Source: Eledone cirrhosa (Eukaryota). Taken from it: a stretch of DNA of 64,000 nucleotides. Position numbers and translations under genes: made by a program. This document shows positions 54,201-64,000 of this stretch, piece after piece. The stretch's first letter is position 1, and every line of letters begins with the position of its first letter. A model generated the notes under the pieces. That model was not told where the DNA came from. It saw only the letters and a list, made by a program, of their open reading frames with translations, and ran no database searches. The stretch spans positions 29,264,001 to 29,328,000 of the forward strand of contig OZ024752.1 in the NCBI GenBank assembly GCA_964016885.1. Direction: 5' to 3'.

Positions 54201-57200
54201 TCACCAGCAGTACAGTAGGTAGTGTTTATCATGTCACCAGCACAAGAGAGGTAGAGTTTATCATGTCACCAGCACTAGAGAGGTAGAGTTTATCATGTCA
54301 CCAGCACTAGACAGGTAGAGTTTATCATGTCACCAGCACTACAGTAGGTAGTGCTTATCATGACACCAGCACTACAGTAGGTAGAGTTTATCATGTCACC
54401 AGCAGTACAGTAGGTAGTGTTTATCATGTCACCAGCACTAGAGAGGTAGAGTTTATCATGACACCAGCAGTACAGTAGGTAGAGTTTATCATGTCACCAG
54501 CACAACAGTAGGTAGTTTATCATGTCACCAGCACTAGAGAGGTAGAGTTTATCAAGACACCAGCAGTACAGTAGGTAGAGTTTATCATGATACCAGCACT
54601 AGAGAGGTAGAGTTTATCATGACACCAGCACTAGAGAGGTAGAGTTTATCATGTCACCAGCACTAGAGAGGTAGAGTTTATCATGAAACCAGCACTACAG
54701 TAGGTAGTGTTTATCATGACACCAGCAGTACAGTACGTAGAGTTTATCATGACACCAGCACTAGAGAGGTAGAATTTATCATGTCACCAGCACTAGAGAG
54801 GTAGAGTTTATCATGTCACCAGCAGTAGAGAGGTAGAGTTCATCATGTCACCAGCAGTAGAGAGGTAGAGTTTATCATGTCACAAGCAGTAGAGAGGTAG
54901 AGTTTATCATGTCAGCAGCACTAGAGTGGTAGAGTGTATAATGTCACCAGCACTAGAGAGGTAGAGTTTATCATGTCACCAGCAGTAGAGAGGTAGAGTT
55001 TATCATGTCACCAGCACTACAATAGGTAGTGTTTATCATAACACCAGCACTACAGTAGGTAGTGTTTATCATGACACCAGCACTAGAGAGGTAGAGTTTA
55101 TCATGTCACCAGCACTAGAGAAGTAGAGTTTATCATGTCACCAGCACTACAGTAGGTAGTGCTTATCATGACACCAGCACTACAGTAGGTAGAGTTTATC
55201 ATGTCACCAGCACTAGAGAGGTAGAGTTTATCATGTCACCAGCACTACAGTAGGTAGTGCTTATCATGACACCAGCACTACAGTAGGTAGAGTTTATCAT
55301 GTCACCAGCACTAGAGAGGTAGAGTTTATCATGTCACCAGCACTACAGTAGGTAGAGTTTATCATGTCACCAGCACTAGAGGGGTAGAGTTTATCATGAC
55401 ACCAGCAGTACAGTAGGTAGAGTTTATAATGTCACCAGCACTAGAGAGGTTGAGTTTATCATGTCACCAGCACTACAGTAGGTAGTGTTTATCATGTCAC
55501 CAGCACTAGAGAGGTAGAGTTTATCATGTCACCAGCACTACAGTAGGTAGAGTTTATCATGTCACCAGCACTAGAGAGGTAGAGTTTATCATGTCACCAG
55601 CACTACAGTAGGTAGAGTATATCATGACACCAGCACTACAGTAGGTAGAGTTTCTCATGACACCAGCACTACAATAGGTAGAGTTTATCATGACACCAGC
55701 ACTAGAGTAGGTAGAGTTTATCATGTCACCAGCACTGGAGAGGTAGAGTTTATCATGACACCAGCACTAGAGAGGTAGAGTTTATCATGACACCAGCACT
55801 ACAGTAGGTAGTTTATCATGTCACCAGCACTAGAGAGGTAGAGTTTATCATGACACCAACAGTACAGTAGGTAGAGTTTATCATGACACCAGCAGTACAG
55901 TAGGTAGAGTGTATCATGTCACCAGCACTACAGTAGGTACTTTATCATGTCACCAGCACTAGAGAGGTAGAGTTTATCATGACACCAGCAGTACAGTAGG
56001 TAGAGTTTATCATGACACCAGCACTAGGGAGGTAGAGTTTATCATGTCACCAGCACTACAGTAGGTAGAGTTTATCATGTCACCAGCACTAGAGAGGTAG
56101 AGTTTATCATGTCACCAGCACTACAGTACGTAGAGTTTATCATTTCACCAGCACTAGAGAGGTAGAGTTTATCATGACACCAGCAGTACAGTAGGTAGAG
56201 TTTATCATGACACCAGCACTACAGAGGTAGAGTTTATCATGTCACCAGCACTAGAGAGGTAGAGTTTATCATGTCACCAGCACTAGAGAGGTAGAGTTTA
56301 TCATGTCACCAGCACTACAGTAGGTAGTGTTTATCATGACACCAGCACTACAGTAGGTAGTTTATCATGTCACCAGCACTAGAGAGGTAGAGCTTATCAT
56401 GTCACCAGCACGAGAGAGGTAGAGTTTATCATGTCACCAGCACTACAGTAGGTAGAGTTTATCATGTCACCAGCACTAGAGAGGTAGAGTTTATCATGAC
56501 ACCAGCACTACAGTACGTAGAGTTTATCATTTTACCAGTATTAGAGAGGTAGAGTTTATTATGTCACCAGCACTAGAGAGGTAGAGTTTATCATGTCACC
56601 AGCACTAGACAGGTAGAGTTTATCATGTCACCAGCACTAGAGAGGTAGAATTTATCATGTCACCTGCACTACAGTAGGTAGAGTTTATCATGTCACCAGC
56701 ACTAGAGAAGTAGAGTTTATCATGTCACCAGCACTACAGTAGGTAGAATTTATCATGTCACCAGCAGTACACTAGGTAGTTTATAATGTCACCGGCACTA
56801 GAGAGGTAGAGCTTATCATGACACCAGCACTACAGTAGGTAGTGTTTATCATGTCACCAGCACTAGAGAGGTAGAGTTTATCATGTCACCAGCAGTACAG
56901 TAGGTAGTGTTTATCATGTCACCAGCACTACAGTAGGTAGTGTTTATCATGTCACCAGCACTAGAGAGGTAGAGTTTATCATGTCACCAGCAGTACAGTA
57001 GGTAGTGTTTATCATGTCACCAGCAGTACAGTAGGTAGTGTTTATCATGTCACCAGCACAAGAGAGGTAGAGTTTATCATGTCACCAGCACTAGAGAGGT
57101 AGAGTTTATCATGTCACCAGCACTAGACAGGTAGAGTTTATCATGTCACCAGCACTACAGTAGGTAGTGCTTATCATGACACCAGCACTACAGTAGGTAG

Positions 57201-60200
57201 AGTTTATCATGTCACCAGCAGTAAGGTAGGTAGAGTTTATCATGTCACCAGCACTACAGTAGGTAGTGTTTATCATGTCACCAGCACTAGAGAGGTAGAG
57301 TTTATCATGACACCAGCAGTACAGTAGGTAGAGTTTATCATGTCACCAGCACAACAGTAGGTAGTTTATCATGTCACCAGCACTAGAGAGGTAGAGTTTA
57401 TCAAGACACCAGCAGTACAGTAGGTAGAGTTTATCATGATACCAGCACTAGAGAGGTAGAGTTTATCATGACACCAGCACTAGAGAGGTAGAGTTTATCA
57501 TGTCACCAGCACTAGAGAGGTAGAGTTTATCATGTCACCAGCACTACAGTAGGTAGAGTTTATCATGTCACCAGCACTAGAGTGGTAGAGTTTATCATGT
57601 CACCAGCACTACAGTACGTAGAGTTTATCATGTCACCAGCACTAGAGAGGTAGAGTTTATCATGACACCAGCACTACTGTAGGTAGTTTATCATGTCACC
57701 AGAACTAGAGAGGTAGAGCTTATCATGTCACCAGTACGAGAACGGTAGAATTTATCATGTCACCAGCACTAGAGTGGTAGAGTTTATCATGACACCAGCA
57801 CTACATTACGTAGAGTTTATCATGTCACCAGCACTAGAGAGGTAGAGCTTATCATGTCACCAGCACGAGAACGGTAGAATTTATCATGTCACCAGCACTA
57901 GAGTGGTAGAGCTTATCATGACACCAGCACTACATTACGTAGAGTTTATCATGTCACCAGCACTAGAGAGGTAGTGTTTATCATGACACCACCACTAGAG
58001 AGGTAGAGTTTATCATGTCACCAGCACCACAGTAGGTAGAGTTTATCATGTCACCAGCACTAGAGATGTAGAGTTTATCATGTCACCAGCACTACAGTAG
58101 GTAGTGCTTATCATGACACCAGCACTACAGTAGGTAGAGTTTATAATTTCACTAGCAGTACAGTAGGTAGAGTTTATCATGACACCAGCACTAAAGTAGG
58201 TAGAGTTTATCATGTCACCAGCACTACAGTAGGTAGTGTTTATCATGTCACCAGCACTAGAGAGGTAGAGTTTATCATGACACCAGCAGTACAGTAGGTA
58301 GAGTTTATCATGATACCAGCACTAGAGAGGTAGAGTTTATCATGTCACAAGCACTAGAGAGGTAGAGTTTATCATGAAACCAGCACTACAGTAGGTAGTG
58401 TTTATCATGACACCAGCACTACAGTAGGTAGTGTTTATCATGTCACCAGCACTAGAGAGGTAGAGATTATCATGTCACCAGCACTAGAGAGGTAGAGTTT
58501 ATCATGTCACCAGCACTACAGTACGTAGAGTTTAACAAGTCACCAGCACTAGAGAGGTAGAGTTTATCATGTCACTAATACTATAGAGGTAGAGTTTATC
58601 ATGTCACCAGCACTAGAGAGGTAGTGTTTATCATGTCACCAGCACTACAGTAGGTAGTGTTTATCATGACACCAGCACTAGAGAGGTAGAGTTTATCATG
58701 TCACCAGCACTAGAGAGGTATAGTTTATCATGTCACCAGCACTACAGTAGGTAGAGTTTATCATGTCACCAGCACTACAGTAGGTAGAGTTTATCATGTC
58801 ACCAGCACTACAGTAGGTAGTTTATCATGTCACCAGCACTAGAGAGGTAGAGCTTATCATGTCACCAGCACTACAGTAGGTAGTGTTTATCATGTCACCA
58901 GCACTACAGTAGGTAGAGTTTATCATGTCACCAGCACTACAGTAGGTAGTGTTTATCATGTCACCAGCACTAGAGAGGTAGTGTTTATCATGTCACCAGC
59001 AGTACAGTAGGTAGTGTTTATCATGTCAGCAGCACTAGAGAGGTAGAGTTTATCATGTCACCAGCACTAGAGAGGTAGAGTTTATCATGTCACCAGCACT
59101 ACAGTAGGTAGTTTATCATGTCACCAGCACTAGAGGTAGAGTTTATCATGTCACCAGCACTAGAGAGGTAGAGTTTATCATGTCACCAGCACTACAGTAG
59201 GTAGAGTTTATCATGTCACCAGCACTAGAGAGGTAGTGTTTATCATGTCACCAATACTAGAGAGGTAGAGTTTATCATGATACCAGCACTAGAGAGGTAG
59301 TGTTTATCATGTCACCAGCACTACAGTAGGTAGTGTTTATCATGTCACCAGCACTAGAAAGGTAGAGTTTATCATGTCACCAGCACTACAGTAGGTAGTT
59401 TATCATGTCACCAGCACTAGAGAGGTAGAGTTTATCATGACACCAGCACTACAGTAGGTAGAGTTTATCATGTCACCAGCACTAGAGAGGTTGAGTTTAT
59501 CGTCACCTGCACTAGAGAGGTAGAGTTTATCATATCACCAATACTAGAGAGGTAAAGTTTATCATGACACCAGCACTACAGTAGGTAGTGTTTATCATGT
59601 CACCAGCACTACAGTAGGTAGTTTATCATGTCACCAGCACTACAGTACGTAGAGTTTATCATGTCACCAGCACTAGAGAGGTAGAGTTTATCATGTCACC
59701 AGCACTAGAGAGGTAGAGTTTATCATGAAACCAGCACTACAGTACGTATAGTTTATCATGTCACCAGCACTAGAGAGGTAGAGTTTATCATGTCACCAGC
59801 ACTACAGTACGTAGAGTTTATCATGTCACCAGCACTAGAGAGGTAGAGTTTATCGTGTCACCAGCACTACAGTACGTAGAGTTTATCATGTCACCAGCAC
59901 TAGAGAGGTAGAGTTTATCATGTCACCAGCACTAGAGAGGTAGAGTTTATCATGAAACCAGCACTTCAGTAGGTAGTGTTTATCATGACACCAGCAGTAC
60001 AGTAGGTAGTGTTTATCATGTCACCAGTACTAGAGAGGTAGAGTTTATCATGTCACCAGCACTACAGTAGGTAGAGTTTATCATGTCACCAGCACTAGAG
60101 AGGTAGAGTTTATCATGTCACCAGCACTACAGTAGGTAGAGTTTATCATGACACCAGCACTACAGTAGGTAGTGTTTATCATGACACCATCACTACTGTA

Positions 60201-63200
60201 GGTAGTTTATCATGTCACCAGCACTAGAGAGGTAGAGTTTATCATGTCACCAGCACTACAGTAGGTAGTTTATCATGTCACCAGCACTAGATGTAGAGTG
60301 TATCATGTCACCAGCACTAGAGTGGTAGAGTTTATCATGACACCAGCACTACATTACGTAGAGTTTATCATGTCACCAGCACTAGAGAGGTAGAGTTTAT
60401 CATGTCACCAGCACTAGAGAGGTAGATTTTATCATGTCACTAGCACTAGAGAGGTCGAGTGTATCATGTCACCAGCACTACAGTAGGTAGTTTATCAAGT
60501 CACCAGCACTAGAGAGGTAGAGTTTATCATGACACCAGCAGTACAGTAGGTAGAGTTTATCATGACACCAGCACTAGAGAGGTAGAGTTTATCATGACAC
60601 CAGCACTACAGTAGGTAGAGTTCATCATGTCACCAGCACTAGAGAGTTTGAGTTTATCTTCACCAGCACTAGAGAGGTAGAGTTTATCATATCACCAATA
60701 CTAGAGAGGTAAAGTTTATCATGACACCAGCACTCCAGTAGGTAGTGTTTATCATGTCACCAGCACTACAGTAGGTAGTTTATCATGTCACCAGCATTAC
60801 AGTACGTAGAGTTTATCATGTCACCAGCACTAGAGAGGTAGAGTTTATCATGTCACCAGCACTAGAGAGGTAGAGTTTATCATGAAACCAGCACTACAGT
60901 ACGTAGAGTTTATCATGTCACCAGCACTAGAGAGGTAGAGTTTATCATGTCACCAGCACTACAGTACGTAGAGTTTATCATGTCACCAGCACTAGAGAGG
61001 TAGAGTTTATCATGTCACCAGCACTACAGTACGTAGAGTTTATCATGTCACCAGCACTAGAGAGGTAGAGTTTATCATGAAACCAGCACTACAGTAGGTA
61101 GTGTTTATCATGACACCAGCAGTACAGTAGGTAGTGTTTATCATGTCACCAGTACTAGAGAGGTAGAGTTTATCATGTCACCAGCACTACAGTAGGTAGA
61201 GTTTATCATGACACCAGCACTACAGTAGGTAGTGTTTATCATGACACCATCACTACTGTAGGTAGTTTATCATGTCACCAGCACTAGAGAGGTAGAGTTT
61301 ATCATGTCACCAGCACTAGAGAGGTAGAGTTTATCATGTCACCAGCACTACAGTAGGTAGTTTATCATGTCACCAGCACTAGATGTAGAGTGTATCATGT
61401 CACCAGCACTAGAGTGGTAGAGTTTATCATGACACCAGCACTACATTACGTAGAGTTTATCATGTCACCAGCACTAGAGAGGTAGAGTTTATCATGTCAC
61501 CAGCACTAGAGAGGTATATTTTATCATGTCACCAGCACTAGAGAGGTAGAGTTTATCATGTCACCAGCACTACAGTAGGTAGTGTTTATCATGACACCAG
61601 CACTACAGTAGGTAGTTTATCATGTCACCAGCACTAGAGAGGTAGAGTTTATCATGTTACCAGCACTAGAGAAGTAGAGTTTATCATGTCACCAGCACTA
61701 CAGTAGGTAGAGTTTATCATGTCACCAGCACTAGAGAGGTAGAGTTTATCATGTCACCAGCACTACAGTAGGTAGAGTTTATCATGTCACCAGCACTAGA
61801 GACGTAGAGTTTATCATGTCACCAGCACTACAGTAGGTAGAGTTTATCATGACACCAGCACTACAGTAGGTAGAGTTTATCATGTCACCAGCACTAGAGA
61901 GGTAGAGTTTATCATGACACCAGCAGTACAGTAGGTAGTGCTTATCATGACACCAGCACTACAGTAGGTAGTGTTTATCATGTCACCAGCACTAGAGAGG
62001 TAGAGTTTATCATGACACCAGCAGTACAGTAGGTAGTGCTTATCATGACACCAGCACTACAGTAGGTAGTTTATAATGTCACCAGCACTACAGTAGGTAG
62101 AGTTTATCATGTCACCAGCACTACAGTAGGTAGTGTTTATCATGTCTCCAGCACTAGAGAGGTAGAGTTTATCATGTCACCAGCACTAGAGAGGTAGAGT
62201 TTATCATGTCACCAGCACTACAGTACGTAGAGTTTATCATTTCACCAGCACTAGAGAGGTAGAGTTTATCATGACACCAGCAGTACAGTAGGTAGAGTTT
62301 ATCATGACACCAGCACTACAGAGGTAGAGTTTATCATGTCACCAGCACTAGAGAGGTAGAGTTTATCATGTCACCAGCACTAGAGAGGTAGAGTTTATCA
62401 TGTCACCAGCACTACAGTAGGTAGTGTTTATCATGACACCAGCACTACAGTAGGTAGTTTATCATGTCACCAGCACTAGAGAGGTAGAGCTTATCATGTC
62501 ACCAGCACGAGAGAGTTAGAGTTTATCATGTCACCAGCACTACAGTAGGTAGAGTTTATCATGTCACCAGCACTAGAGAGGTAGAGTTTATCATGACACC
62601 AGCACTACAGTACGTAGAGTTTATCATGTCACCAGCACTAGAGAAGTAGAGTTTATCATGTCACCAGCAGTACACTAGGTAGTTTATAATGTCACCAGCA
62701 CTAGAGAGGTAGAGCTTATCATGACACCAGCACTACAGTAGGTAGTGTTTATCATGTCACCAGCACTAGAGAGGTAGAGTTTATCATGTCACCAGCAGTA
62801 CAGTAGGTAGTGTTTATCATGTCACCAGCACTACAGTAGGTAGTGTTTATCATGTCACCAGCACTAGAGAGGTAGAGTTTATCATGTCACCAGCAGTACA
62901 GTAGGTAGTGTTTATCATGTCACCAGCAGTACAGTAGGTAGTGTTTATCATGTCACCAGCACAAGAGAGGTAGAGTTTATCATGTCACCAGCACTAGAGA
63001 GGTAGAGTTTATCATGTCACCAGCACTAGACAGGTAGAGTTTATCATGTCACCAGCACTACAGTAGGTAGTGCTTATCATGACACCAGCACTACAGTAGG
63101 TAGAGTTTATCATGTCACCAGCAGTACAGTAGGTAGAGTTTATCATGTCACCAGCACTACAGTAGGTAGTGTTTATCATGTTACCAGCACTAGAGAGGTA

Positions 63201-64000
63201 GAGTTTATCATGACACCAGCAGTACAGTAGGTAGAGTTTATCATGTCACCAGCACAACAGTAGGTAGTTTATCATGTCACCAGCACTAGAGAGGTAGAGT
63301 TTATCAAGACACCAGCAGTACAGTAGGTAGAATTTATCATGATACCAGCACTAGAGAGGTAGAGTTTATCATGACACCAGCACTAGAGAGGTAGAGTTTA
63401 TCATGTCACCAGCACTAGAGAGGTAGAGTTTATCATGTCACCAGCACTACAGTAGGTAGAGTTTATCATGTCACCAGCACTAGAGTGGTAGAGTTTATCA
63501 TGTCACCAGCACTACAGTACGTAGAGTTTATCATGTCACCAGCACTAGAGAGGTAGAGTTTATCATGACACCAGCACTACTGTAGGTAGTTTATCATGTC
63601 ACCAGCACTAGAGAGGTAGAGCTTATCATGTCACCAGTACGAGAACGGTAGAATTTATCATGTCACCAGCACTAGAGTGGTAGAGTTTATCATGACACCA
63701 GCACTACATTACGTAGAGTTTATCATGTCACCAGCACTAGAGAGGTAGAGCTTATCATGTCACCAGCACGAGAACGGTAGAATTTATCATGTCACCAGCA
63801 CTAGAGTGGTAGAGCTTATCATGACACCAGCACTACATTACGTAGAGTTTATCATGTCACCAGCACTAGAGAGGTAGTGTTTATCATGACACCACCACTA
63901 GAGAGGTAGAGTTTATCATGTCACCAGCACCACAGTAGGTAGAGTTTATCATGTCACCAGCACTAGAGATGTAGAGTTTATCATGTCACCAGCACTACCG
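33253..64000. repeat. Satellite array of 32/33-bp monomers, ~30.7 kb (roughly 950 units), continuing past the window end
   Basis: Monomers gtttatcatg(t/a)caccagcactaCAGTaggtaga (33 bp) and gtttatcatg(t/a)caccagcactaGAGaggtaga (32 bp), with minor 30-31 bp variants. Single orientation; no insertions seen. Confidence 0.98.

Noticed and set aside
33711-58246. Repeat protein (GDMINSTYCSA)n on the minus strand of the satellite
   Set aside because: Open only across runs of 33-bp monomers; the equally common 32-bp monomers break the frame constantly.
33253-64000. CRISPR array (repeat length ~32 bp)
   Set aside because: No unique spacers: units are contiguous and differ only at a few recurring sites. 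No cas genes, and the context is eukaryotic.

Overview
Gene-free, repeat-saturated animal DNA. It is probably octopus/cephalopod, inferred from SINE families recognised from memory. The first half (1-33.2 kb) is a (TA)n/(CA)n microsatellite matrix filled with nested retroelements. It holds a 5'-truncated RTE LINE with a PHD-like finger inside its RT, and five Penelope-like element (PLE) RT/GIY-YIG ORFs or fragments: three Naiad-like, one Neptune-like with a 5' inversion, and one Neptune/Nematis-like. It also holds several ORF-less PLE-type elements with tandem plus inverted arms, tRNA-derived SINEs and small foldback MITEs. Reading both strands by eye gives 13 type I hammerhead ribozymes with intact catalytic cores plus degenerate copies, from about 9 unrelated families. 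One is a tandem ~512-nt ORF-less unit resembling a retrozyme. The second half (33253-64000, running off the window) is one ~31 kb satellite of 32/33-bp monomers with binary variant sites and kb-scale duplications, starting inside an RTE-tailed repeat. Most ORF-track entries (YI/CV/HT-rich) are microsatellite artefacts. All calls are by eye and coordinates are approximate.
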